NCBI RefSeq assembly: GCF_036383415.1
Contig: NZ_DASVOK010000275.1
Coordinates: 1-47,794 of the forward strand
Direction of reading: 5' to 3'
Origin: Rudaea sp.
GTDB taxonomy: Bacteria; Pseudomonadota; Gammaproteobacteria; Xanthomonadales; Rhodanobacteraceae
Length of the DNA stretch: 47,794 nt
Part shown: positions 11,297-19,913 of the stretch, piece after piece
How the letters are laid out: every line of letters begins with the position of its first letter
Numbering within the stretch: the stretch's first letter is position 1
Position numbers and translations under genes: made by a program
Notes under the pieces: generated by a model
What the model was told of the DNA's origin: nothing
Databases searched by the model: none
Seen by the model: the letters and a program-made list of their open reading frames with translations, nothing else

Positions 11297-11363
11297 GACA
11301 CTGCTCAAAGATTGGTCGTAGTCAAACCTCAATCATCCATATTCGAGTTGAGACAACACAGCA

Positions 11364-11867
11364 ATGACATTCAATCCATTCCGGTGGTCTTTTCGCGCCC
11401 AGTTCTTCACTGGTTTTCTGGCATGCACTGCGTTGCTCGCCTACGCATTCTTTGTGCAGTTCCAGCTCGGAATAGAACCCTGTCCGCTTTGCGGCGCGCA
11501 GCGCGTCGTCTTCGTCACGTTGGGAATCGTGTTTCTTGCCGGCTCCTTGGTTAATCCGGGCTCGTTGGGCCGAAAAATTTTCACGCTGCTGTTGTTGCTG
11601 GTGGCTTGCATTGGCATCGGCGTCGCGGGATTCCATCTTTGGGTGCAGCACCAGCCACCCGATCCCCTCGCGGGTTGTACGCCGGGCTGGAACTACATGA
11701 TTGAGAACTTCCCAATCAGCAAGACGCTGAAGATGATCTTCAGAGGGGACGCCGATTGTTCGGTCGTCAACTGGACCTTCCTCAGCCTGTCGATGCCGTT
11801 CTGGACGCTGGTCTCCTTCGCCGCTCTCGGCGCGGGCGCAGTTTGGGCGGGCTTTCACAAACGCTGA
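11364..11867 (+). CDS. dsbB: Disulfide bond formation protein B
   Basis: Four TM segments, EPCPLC..QR, second Cys pair (GC...DCS), LSMPFW. Confidence 0.92.
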   Translation: MTFNPFRWSFRAQFFTGFLACTALLAYAFFVQFQLGIEPCPLCGAQRVVFVTLGIVFLAGSLVNPGSLGRKIFTLLLLLVACIGIGVAGFHLWVQHQPPDPLAGCTPGWNYMIENFPISKTLKMIFRGDADCSVVNWTFLSLSMPFWTLVSFAALGAGAVWAGFHKR

Positions 11868-11948
11868 GGCGCATTTTTCGTCGCTGGATTTGAATAACCG
11901 GACGATGCCATCGGCGCATCGGTTCCCGGCAGTTGGAAGGAATCCGTC

Positions 11949-13976
11949 GTGCTGTTCGAAAGGGTTCGTCCCGTCATTCCGAAGATACTGGTCTGGTCAG
12001 GGCCGGTTGCTTGCGCGATCGGATTGCTCACGCACAGGATGTGGGAAGCGTTTCCTGCAGGTCGGTTTGTCGAAACCTTGGAGCTAGCGCTGGTTTCGAC
12101 CGTAGTGGCTACCGCGCTGGGCCGGTTGTTTCGTTGGCGCTGGGCAAACGGCTATGCCGTCTTTTGGGGCGCGGCGCTGGTTTTTTTCACCGGAGTTGCG
12201 CCGGTCGCCGCGAGCCTGCTTCTCGCGGCGACGGCATTCGCGGTGGGCAGTTTGTTTGTCGCGTCGCGCGGCCTTGGGGCAACGTTGATCGCGCTACCTA
12301 CGGGGCTTGCCTTGATCGGGGGCTGCCTTGGCTGGTTCTTGCCGCTTGGCGTGCATACTCGTGTCGTCTATCTGACGACGACCATCGCCGTTTGTGTCTG
12401 GCGCTGGCGAGTCCTCCTCGTGATGGCAACGACGCTGCGTCGCGCCTGGAGGGAGGCAGTGGACGCTGCTCCGCTGCATTCCGCAGTGGCGGTATTGGTC
12501 GTGGGGATCGCATTGACCGGGGCATGGTTGCCGACGATGCAATCGGATGACCTGGCCTATCATCTCGGCTTGCCGACGCAGCTGCAACGGAACGGTTTCT
12601 ATGCGATGGATCCCACGCTGCAGATTTGGGCACTCGCGCCGTGGTTGGGCGATGTCATACAAGGCATCGCCCAAGTGCTCGCCGGGCGTGAAGCCCGCGG
12701 AGCAGTCGATTCGCTGTGGCTGTTGGCTGCTGCCGCGTTGCTCGGCCGTCTCACGATGGCATTGCGTGCCGATGCGCGTCTGGGCTGGCAGGTTGTCGCC
12801 GTATTCGCGAGCATGCCGCTGCTTGCCGGTCTCGCCGCAGGCATGCAGACTGAGTTGCCGGCGATCGCGTTGATGGCGGCATTTGTGCTGCTGGTTTTGC
12901 GCGATGAGTGCAACGACGACCGCAGCTTCTACTTGGGCGCGATATTGATCGGCGGTCTCTTCGGATTGAAATTCGGCCAAGCGATATCGGCGCTGGCGAT
13001 GCTGATCTGGGCGGGTGCTCGCATCCACGCCGGAGTCGGCGCGAAGACCGCGCTAGCCGGTGTCGGCATTTTTCTGCTCGTCGCCGGCTCGAGCTATTTC
13101 CATGCCTGGCACGTCAGCGGCAATCCGATGCTGCCGTTGTTCAACAATGTGTTCCAGTCGGCGGTGATGCCGGCGCATCAGCTCCACGACGCGCGCTGGC
13201 ACGCGGGGTTCAGCGCGCTGTTGCCGTGGTTGATTACGTTCGACACGCCTCGCTACGCCGACGGCGATCCGGGAGGGTATGGTTTCGTGCTGGTCGCGTA
13301 TGCCGGCGCCTGGCTGTGGGCGCTGTACCGTCGCGAGACGCGCGCCTACGCGTTGACAGCCAGCGCGGTCATGCTGTTGCCGCTGCTACCGATGCAATAC
13401 GCGCGTTATGCCTTTCCGGGACTCGTATTGCTGTTGCCCGTGCTGACGGTCGCCGGAAGTGCAGCCGTGGGGCCGTCGCACTTTTCCATCCTCGCCTACG
13501 TCCTGTGCGTGTTGAATCTCGCGTTCCAGGCCAACGGACCTTGGCCGCTGGATACGGTAGCACGCAAGCGTCTGTTGACCAATTTAGGTGACACCGAGGT
13601 CGTGCTGCAGCGCTTTGCACCCGAGCGGCTGCTCATTGCCGAGTTGCGCAAACGCGACCCATCGGATTCGATCATTTTGTCGCTGGATCGACAGGCACCG
13701 TTCGTCGCCGAGTTGGCAGGCTGCGGCCGCACGGTGTCGTGGTATGCGCCGTCGTTGGATGCAGCCGCGAGCGCTGCCGATGCCGATCCTGGCGGCGCAG
13801 CGTGGCGGCGGTTGATTGACGACAGCGGTGCGAGGTGGCTGCTGCTGCATGCGAACCGCCTCAGTCCCGCGCAACGCGCGGCGCTGGCGGCTCCCGATGC
13901 CGAGCGCGTGCGCGCGATCGACAACGCCGAATTATGGGCGTGGAAGATCCCGGCCCAGCGGCATCCGTCACCATGA
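11949..13976 (+). CDS. Large polytopic membrane protein, probable GT-C fold glycosyltransferase
   Basis: 675 aa, many TM segments, loop motif SDDLAYHLGLP, later GNPMLP and RYAFP motifs, soluble C-terminal domain; translationally coupled to a GtrA gene. Confidence 0.6.
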   Translation: MLFERVRPVIPKILVWSGPVACAIGLLTHRMWEAFPAGRFVETLELALVSTVVATALGRLFRWRWANGYAVFWGAALVFFTGVAPVAASLLLAATAFAVGSLFVASRGLGATLIALPTGLALIGGCLGWFLPLGVHTRVVYLTTTIAVCVWRWRVLLVMATTLRRAWREAVDAAPLHSAVAVLVVGIALTGAWLPTMQSDDLAYHLGLPTQLQRNGFYAMDPTLQIWALAPWLGDVIQGIAQVLAGREARGAVDSLWLLAAAALLGRLTMALRADARLGWQVVAVFASMPLLAGLAAGMQTELPAIALMAAFVLLVLRDECNDDRSFYLGAILIGGLFGLKFGQAISALAMLIWAGARIHAGVGAKTALAGVGIFLLVAGSSYFHAWHVSGNPMLPLFNNVFQSAVMPAHQLHDARWHAGFSALLPWLITFDTPRYADGDPGGYGFVLVAYAGAWLWALYRRETRAYALTASAVMLLPLLPMQYARYAFPGLVLLLPVLTVAGSAAVGPSHFSILAYVLCVLNLAFQANGPWPLDTVARKRLLTNLGDTEVVLQRFAPERLLIAELRKRDPSDSIILSLDRQAPFVAELAGCGRTVSWYAPSLDAAASAADADPGGAAWRRLIDDSGARWLLLHANRLSPAQRAALAAPDAERVRAIDNAELWAWKIPAQRHPSP

Positions 13977-14353
13977 GTTGGTTGCGGCAAGGCCGCTATT
14001 TCGTTGCGATCGGCGTGTTGCAATGGCTGCTGGATTGGGCGGTCATGGTATCGCTCAGCCATGCCGGCCTGGGATTGCCATTCGCCAACGTCGCGGGTCG
14101 CGTAAGTGGCGCCTTGCTTGGATTCTGGCTTAACGGCAGCATCACGTTTGCGCGTGATGGCAGCCGGCCGAACGGCCGGCACTTCGCGCGCTATTTGATT
14201 CTTTGGCTGGCGAACGCCGCTTTGAGCACCCTTTCGCTGGTGGCGATCGGCAACGTCTTCGGCCTGCATGGCGCATGGCTGGCGAAACCCGCGGTCGACG
14301 GCATGCTGGCGTTGAGCAGCTTCCTGGCATCCCGCTATTGGGTGTATCGCTGA
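13973..14353 (+). CDS. GtrA-family protein (putative lipid-linked sugar flippase)
   Basis: 126 aa from ATG 13973 (ATGA overlap): RYFVAIG...D...AN...FWLNGSITF...RY...AK...SFLASRYWVY, the four-TM GtrA pattern. Confidence 0.85.
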   Translation: MSWLRQGRYFVAIGVLQWLLDWAVMVSLSHAGLGLPFANVAGRVSGALLGFWLNGSITFARDGSRPNGRHFARYLILWLANAALSTLSLVAIGNVFGLHGAWLAKPAVDGMLALSSFLASRYWVYR

Positions 14354-14438
14354 ACATCCTTCTGCCCGCATGCGCTGAAGTTTTGTGCGGCGATCTGGCA
14401 TGATGACGCCCCCTTTCCCGATCGGCGTTGATACCACC

Positions 14439-15818
14439 ATGGCAGCGGCTAATCCAGAAGCAACGAAGCGCACGGCATCCGCATGGACGCCCGCGTCGTG
14501 GCAGTCGCGCACGGCCGTGCAGCAGCCGGCCTATGCGGACGCGGCCGCACTCGATCGCGCCGTTGCGCAATTGCACGAATTGCCGCCGCTGGTCACCTCA
14601 TGGGAGGTGCTCGCGCTCAAGCGCAAGCTGGCCGAGGCGCAGGAGGGACGCTGCTTCCTGCTGCAAGGTGGCGATTGCGCCGAGAGCTTCGCCGATTGCA
14701 CTTCGCCGATCATCTCCAACCGGCTCAAGGTACTGCTGCAGATGAGCCTCGTGCTCGTGCACGGATTGAAGCTTCCGGTCGTGCGCGTCGGCCGCTTCGC
14801 CGGGCAGTACGCCAAGCCACGTTCGGCCGACACCGAAACGCGCAACGGCGTGACCTTGCCTTGCTACCGCGGCGACATCGTCAACGCTCCCGAATTCACC
14901 GCGGTCGCGCGCGAGCCGGATCCGCAGCGCCTGATCGAGGCGCATTCGCGCTCGGCACTGACGATGAACTTCGTGCGCGCGCTGATCGATGGCGGCTTCG
15001 CCGACCTGCACCATCCCGAATACTGGGACCTGGAGTGGGTCAAGCACTCGCCGCTGCAGGAAGAGTACCAGCGCATGGTCGAGGCGATCGGCGAGGCGGT
15101 GCGCTTCATGGAAACGCTGGCCGGCGAGTCGCCGTCGTACCAGAAAGTGGATTTCTATACTTCGCACGAAGCACTGCTGCTCAACTACGAGGGCGCGGTG
15201 ACGCGCGAGGTGCCACGCAACCCGGGCTGGTTCAACCTGTCCACGCATTTCCCGTGGATCGGCATGCGCACGGCGCAGCTGGACGGCGCTCATGTCGAGT
15301 ACTGCCGCGGTATCGAGAACCCGATGGGCCTCAAGCTCGGTCCCGGCGTGAAGCCGGATCAATTGCTGCGCACGATCGACGCGCTCAACCCGCACAACGA
15401 GTCTGGCCGGCTGACGCTGATCACACGCATGGGCGCGGCCAAGGTCGAAGCAGAACTGCCGCAGCATCTGCAGGTGGTCAAGGCCGAGGGCAAGCGCGTG
15501 CTCTGGTGCTGCGATCCGATGCACGGCAATGGTGAGACGCTGCCATCCGGGGTGAAGACGCGGCGCTTCGAGAACATCCGCGCCGAGCTCGATTACGCCT
15601 TCGACATCCATGCCGCCTGCGGCACGCGCCTCGGCGGCGTGCATCTGGAACTGACCGGAGAGAACGTCACCGAATGCCTCGGCGGCGCACGCGACCTGAC
15701 CGAAGCCGACCTTGCTCGTGCCTACAAGTCGAGCGTCGATCCACGCCTCAACTACGAACAGTCGCTCGAGATCGCGATGCTGATCGTGCGCAAGCGCGGC
15801 GGCCAGAATCGCGCCTGA
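14439..15818 (+). CDS. 3-deoxy-7-phosphoheptulonate (DAHP) synthase, class II
   Basis: FLLQGGDCAESF, GRFAGQYAKPRS, YRGD, YTSHEALLL, WIGMRT, CDPMHGN, GGVHLELTG, DPRLN. Confidence 0.96.
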   Translation: MAAANPEATKRTASAWTPASWQSRTAVQQPAYADAAALDRAVAQLHELPPLVTSWEVLALKRKLAEAQEGRCFLLQGGDCAESFADCTSPIISNRLKVLLQMSLVLVHGLKLPVVRVGRFAGQYAKPRSADTETRNGVTLPCYRGDIVNAPEFTAVAREPDPQRLIEAHSRSALTMNFVRALIDGGFADLHHPEYWDLEWVKHSPLQEEYQRMVEAIGEAVRFMETLAGESPSYQKVDFYTSHEALLLNYEGAVTREVPRNPGWFNLSTHFPWIGMRTAQLDGAHVEYCRGIENPMGLKLGPGVKPDQLLRTIDALNPHNESGRLTLITRMGAAKVEAELPQHLQVVKAEGKRVLWCCDPMHGNGETLPSGVKTRRFENIRAELDYAFDIHAACGTRLGGVHLELTGENVTECLGGARDLTEADLARAYKSSVDPRLNYEQSLEIAMLIVRKRGGQNRA

Positions 15819-15830
15819 AGGATACGGGCG

Positions 15831-17171
15831 CTAAAGCTCCACGTGGGCGCGGATGCCGTAGAACCTCGCCGGTCCGCGATCAGCGTTGTAGCCGGGATGG
15901 CGCACGAACTGGAAGTCGGGGCTCAGCGTGATGTATTTGTTCGCTTTTGCCGCATAGTATACTTCCGCGATCTGTTCGCGCGCGTAATCGATGCGTCCGT
16001 CGCCGACGAGAAAGCCGCTGCCGCCGGCGGCCAGATAGTCGCGATGATCGTGCGAGATGCCGTTCGCGGCGACCGCAATGGCGAGACGATCCTGCGCTCG
16101 ACCCCAGTGCACGCCGGACAGCTGCGCACCGACGCTGGCGGAGCGGTCGGCCTCGGTGAACGCGAACGATTCGTTGCGGCCGTCGTTCCAGCCCAGGCGC
16201 ACGAACAGGCCCGTGTCGCCGCCATCGGCGAGCGGCAGTTCGGCGTTCAGCGCATAGCCGTGTTTGCGCCGGCCGTCGCGATCATCCGCGCGGATGTCGG
16301 GTACGCTGCCAGTTTCCTCGGCAAGTGCGATCGCATCGCGATACACGCCCATGCGCGCGATGTTGCGGAACGCGAGCACGCGCACCGCGTAACCATCCTT
16401 CTGCGGCTGCCAGGTCAGCTCGACCTGCTCGCCGCGCGCGCGCGACAGCGGCCCTTCCAGCGTTTGCCCGTTCGCTTCGCGCGGCATCTGGTAGACGCCG
16501 TAGCGCAGCGTCCATCCCGGTTGTGCGAGGGCAAGCATGATGCCGTTGGTATAGCCGCGTGTATCGGCAGCGAAATCCCAGGCGGCATTGTTGAACAGCG
16601 CCCAGTTCATGAACTGCGTGCGCGTCGAGTTCGCGTAGCGGTTCCTGTCGAAGTCGTCGCTGGCCGCGAGCTTGCCGAGCTTGATCTCGATGCGGCTCGC
16701 GTATTCCTTGCCCGCGAGCTGGCCTTGCGATGCTTCAACGTCCTCGGTCTCGTCGCCCAGCGGCAGCGTGTAGCGCAGCACGCGCCGCGCGATGTACGGA
16801 CGCTTGCCGAGGTTGGCCGTGCCCGAGCGGATCACGTCGCCGTTCGGCAGGCCGGCCATGCCGGTCGCGTTGCTGACACCGGCGCCCTTGAACATCTCCG
16901 CATCGAGATAGAACTGAAAGTGCCACGGTAGCTGCACGCCGAAATAGGCGCCGAACGTGTGCGAGGCGCGTGTGTCGCCATTCGCGCGCAGGCTCAACGG
17001 TCCGGAATAGGGTGAGCGCAGCGCATCCTGATGCTGGTCGATGAAAGTGTATTGCGCGCCGAGCAGTTGCGGCACGAAATCCGCGGGCGTGTCGGCGCCG
17101 TGCGCGAGAGTGGGCAGGCTGGCGAGCGCGAAGATGCCGAGAACCACAGGACGGATGGATTCGAGATTCAT
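15831..17171 (-). CDS. OprB-family carbohydrate porin, MnoP-like outer membrane channel
   Basis: Signal peptide from ATG 17171; FDRNRYA...QFMNW...WDFAADTRGYT; C-terminal HPGYNADRGP..YGIRAHVEL beta-barrel end. Confidence 0.82.
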   Translation of the reverse strand: MNLESIRPVVLGIFALASLPTLAHGADTPADFVPQLLGAQYTFIDQHQDALRSPYSGPLSLRANGDTRASHTFGAYFGVQLPWHFQFYLDAEMFKGAGVSNATGMAGLPNGDVIRSGTANLGKRPYIARRVLRYTLPLGDETEDVEASQGQLAGKEYASRIEIKLGKLAASDDFDRNRYANSTRTQFMNWALFNNAAWDFAADTRGYTNGIMLALAQPGWTLRYGVYQMPREANGQTLEGPLSRARGEQVELTWQPQKDGYAVRVLAFRNIARMGVYRDAIALAEETGSVPDIRADDRDGRRKHGYALNAELPLADGGDTGLFVRLGWNDGRNESFAFTEADRSASVGAQLSGVHWGRAQDRLAIAVAANGISHDHRDYLAAGGSGFLVGDGRIDYAREQIAEVYYAAKANKYITLSPDFQFVRHPGYNADRGPARFYGIRAHVEL

Positions 17172-17211
17172 GGTTTTGATTTCCCGTGACAGGGCGCGCG
17201 GCAGCGGGGAA

Positions 17212-17252
17212 CCCACCCATGCTGCGCGCAGCAAACGCGCAGCATGGGTGGG
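17212..17252. repeat. Perfect 17-bp inverted repeat
   Basis: CCCACCCATGCTGCGCG-cagcaaa-CGCGCAGCATGGGTGGG; no U-tract on the minus (porin) strand. Confidence 0.85.
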
Positions 17253-17259
17253 CCGTGTT

Positions 17260-17457
17260 TCAGTCTTGTGTCGTCCAGCGCGCTTCGGGCTTGCCGTTTG
17301 CGGGATTGCGCCGCCAGCGGCAGACGAGCTTGCTGCGTGCGAACGACGCATCGTTCGCGGCAACATAGGGCAGGGCGCGCGAGGTCGCGCAATAGGCGTC
17401 GCGCACGCCGAAACGACGATCGTGCGGGAACAGGGAGAACAGGAACTGCATTTTCAT
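17260..17457 (-). CDS. Small hypothetical protein (65 aa) upstream of the porin
   Basis: Strong SD (GAGGTG) just before the ATG; C-terminal LVCRWRRNPANGKPEARW; co-oriented with the porin. Confidence 0.55.
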   Translation of the reverse strand: MKMQFLFSLFPHDRRFGVRDAYCATSRALPYVAANDASFARSKLVCRWRRNPANGKPEARWTTQD

Positions 17458-17507
17458 GATTCACCTCGATTCCGCGACGGAACGGGTGAATCACGACCAG
17501 CTATCGG

Positions 17508-17618
17508 CTAGATCGCGAGACGGCCCGTATCCGCGCGGAGCGGCAGGGTTTGTGCGGCCAAGGCAGTCCGTGAACCACAAGGGCCAGGCGCTGCGTTGGT
17601 ACTCGGATAGCTGTCCAT
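17508..17618 (-). CDS. Candidate leader peptide (36 aa, MDSYPSTNAAPGP...)
   Basis: First AUG after the predicted promoter; the stop lies about 13 nt before an SD-sequestering hairpin; no clear SD of its own. Confidence 0.3.
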   Translation of the reverse strand: MDSYPSTNAAPGPCGSRTALAAQTLPLRADTGRLAI

Positions 17619-17670
17619 GGATGTCGATGGTTGGCTGGGGAAATGCTTCGGGTGGCCCGAAGCGCGGCGC

Positions 17671-17699
17671 AGGGTAGGCTTCGCCGATGCCGATGTCAA
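17671..17699 (-). promoter_or_regulatory. Sigma70 promoter for the small ORF-porin unit
   Basis: Minus strand TTGACA (17699-17694), 17-bp spacer, TACCCT (17676-17671). Confidence 0.7.
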
Positions 17700-17890
17700 C
17701 GAAAAATTTCTTCGGGTACCTCGAAAAACCTACTGCGCTCGATAATTCGCGCGCCGGCGGTGCTCGGAATCCTCATGTACATCAACGTACATTCCGGTTC
17801 CTGCGCTCCGGCGTCGCGCGAATTCTTTTCGCTCGCTGCGGTTTTTCGGGGCGCCCTTCGCGCCGTCGATGATCGCCGCTGCGCGGGCAT

Positions 17891-19483
17891 TCAGTCGGCA
17901 TTCTCGATGTGCGGCAGAAATCGCGGTGGCCTGCGCGCGAGCGTGGCCTGCTCGAACGCGTAGGCGTAACCGATCAGCTTCGCATCGCTCCACGCTGTGC
18001 CGAAGAAGCTGATGCCGACAGGCAGATGGTGCACGAAACCCATCGGCAGCGTGACTGCGGGATAACCAGCCACCGCGGCGGGCGTGGAACTGCTGCCGCT
18101 GAAGTGGTCGCCGTTGACGAGATCGGTGGTCCAGGCCGGCCCGCTGGTCGGCGCGATCAACGCATCGAGATGATCCTTCGCCAAGGCCGCATCGATGCCC
18201 TCCGGCCCGGCGAGGCGTTTCGACCTGGCCAGCGCGTCGAGGTATTCCTTGTCCTGCAGCGTGCCGCGCTTCTGTGATTTCTCGAAAGTCTCCTGGCCGA
18301 ACCATGACATCTCGCCGTCGGCGTGCGCCTCGTTGAATGCGATGAGGTCGGCGAGGCTGCGCGCTTTTGCTCCAGGCGCCAATTGCGCGAGATAAGCGTT
18401 GATGTCCGCCTTGAACTCGTATTGCAGCACGATGCCTTCGTCGTCATCGTACTTGCCCAGGTTCGGCAGCTCGACCGGATCGACCACGATGGCGCCGGCC
18501 GCCTTCAGGCGCGCGATCGCGGCATCGAACAGCTTTTCGGTCGCGGGATCGAAGCCGGTAAACTGGCGCACGACGCCTATGCGCGCGCCGTGGAGGCTTT
18601 TCGCGTCGAGAGCTTTCGTGTAGTCGGTGCGATGTTTGTCGGCGTCCTTCGTCGCCGCATCACGCGAATCGCTGCCCGCGATCGCGCCGAGCAGGATGGC
18701 TGCGTCGGCGACGCTGCGCGCCATAGGTCCTGCGGTGTCCTGGCTGTGCGCGATCGGCACGATGCCGGCGCGGCTGACGAGGCCGAGTGTCGGCTTGATC
18801 CCGACGATCCCGTTCGCCGACGCGGGGCAGACAATCGAGCCGTCGGTCTCGGTGCCGATGCCGGCCACGGCGAGATTCGCCGCGATCGCCGCACCCGTGC
18901 CCGAACTTGAGCCGCAGGCGTTGCGGTCGAGTGCATAGGGATTTTTCGTCAGACCGCCGCGCCCGCTCCAGCCGCTGGTGGAGTGATTCGAGCGAAAGTT
19001 CGCCCATTCCGACAGGTTGGTCTTGCCGAGGATCACTGCGCCCGCCGCGCGCAGCTTGGCAACGACGGTGGCGTCTTGCGCTGCGATCGAATCGGCCAGC
19101 GCGAGCGAGCCGGCTGTCGTGTGCATACGATCGGCCGTGTCGATGTTGTCCTTGATCAGCACCGGGATGCCGTGCAGTGGCGAGTATACTTTTCCACTTT
19201 TGCGCGCGGCGTCGAGCCGGTCGGCGATCGCGAGCGCATCGGGATTGAGTTCGATCACCGCGTTGATCGCGGGACCAGCCTTGTCGATCGCGGCGATGCG
19301 GTCGAGATGCTGTTGCGCAAGCGCATGCGCGTTCAATTCCTTGCGCTGCAATTTCTGCGCGAGGTCGCGAATCGAGTACTCTTCAAGCGCAGGTGGCGAT
19401 TCCGGTTGCGCAGCGGGCACCGTTGCCGGGAGCAAGACCGCGAACAGAAAGGCGAGCAGCCGTGGCTTGGCGAGATCGATCAT
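17891..19483 (-). CDS. Secreted amidase-signature family amidase
   Basis: Signal peptide; GIPVLIKDNI, GKTNLSEWANFRS, CGSSSG, GTETDGSIVCPA (Ser-cisSer-Lys triad). Confidence 0.93.
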   Translation of the reverse strand: MIDLAKPRLLAFLFAVLLPATVPAAQPESPPALEEYSIRDLAQKLQRKELNAHALAQQHLDRIAAIDKAGPAINAVIELNPDALAIADRLDAARKSGKVYSPLHGIPVLIKDNIDTADRMHTTAGSLALADSIAAQDATVVAKLRAAGAVILGKTNLSEWANFRSNHSTSGWSGRGGLTKNPYALDRNACGSSSGTGAAIAANLAVAGIGTETDGSIVCPASANGIVGIKPTLGLVSRAGIVPIAHSQDTAGPMARSVADAAILLGAIAGSDSRDAATKDADKHRTDYTKALDAKSLHGARIGVVRQFTGFDPATEKLFDAAIARLKAAGAIVVDPVELPNLGKYDDDEGIVLQYEFKADINAYLAQLAPGAKARSLADLIAFNEAHADGEMSWFGQETFEKSQKRGTLQDKEYLDALARSKRLAGPEGIDAALAKDHLDALIAPTSGPAWTTDLVNGDHFSGSSSTPAAVAGYPAVTLPMGFVHHLPVGISFFGTAWSDAKLIGYAYAFEQATLARRPPRFLPHIENAD

Positions 19484-19905
19484 GGCGACTCCGGGTTGCG
19501 AATTGATTGGGTGGCCTTGCCGCGCGGATATTCGTTGACAGCGAGCCAGAGTCCGATTGACGCGGAGAGCAGCGCCGGCAGGAAAAACGGGAGTTGATCC
19601 CAGGAAATCGGTTGGCTGCCAAGCGCAAGGACCACGGTGGCGCTTCCGATCGCGAAGCCGGCCACGCATAACCCTGCCAGCCAGCGCAGGCGCTGCGAGA
19701 AACCGGCGAACAGCAACGCAAAGAAGATCGCAAAGCTCACAAGTGCTCCCCAGGGAATCAGCAAGGTTGCCATGACCAGCAACTGCTCGAAAAAACCGAG
19801 CAACGTGCCGGCCGCTATGGCATGTCCCAGCGCGAGGAAGGCAGATGCGAACAGCACGCTGGGCAGCAGACAGAGAACACTGACTATGTGCAGGAGCGGG
19901 CGCAT
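19480..19905 (-). CDS. Hypothetical membrane protein (about 4 TM)
   Basis: Hydrophobic 141-aa ORF from ATG 19905; its stop overlaps the amidase ATG (ATGA). Confidence 0.65.
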   Translation of the reverse strand: MRPLLHIVSVLCLLPSVLFASAFLALGHAIAAGTLLGFFEQLLVMATLLIPWGALVSFAIFFALLFAGFSQRLRWLAGLCVAGFAIGSATVVLALGSQPISWDQLPFFLPALLSASIGLWLAVNEYPRGKATQSIRNPESP

Positions 19906-19913
19906 GGCAGGCG

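Noticed and set aside
17455-17665. yybP-ykoY or another known riboswitch in the porin leader
   Set aside because: I could not see the conserved yybP-ykoY (GGGGAGUAG-like), cobalamin or TPP cores; reported instead as an unclassified structured leader pending an Rfam search
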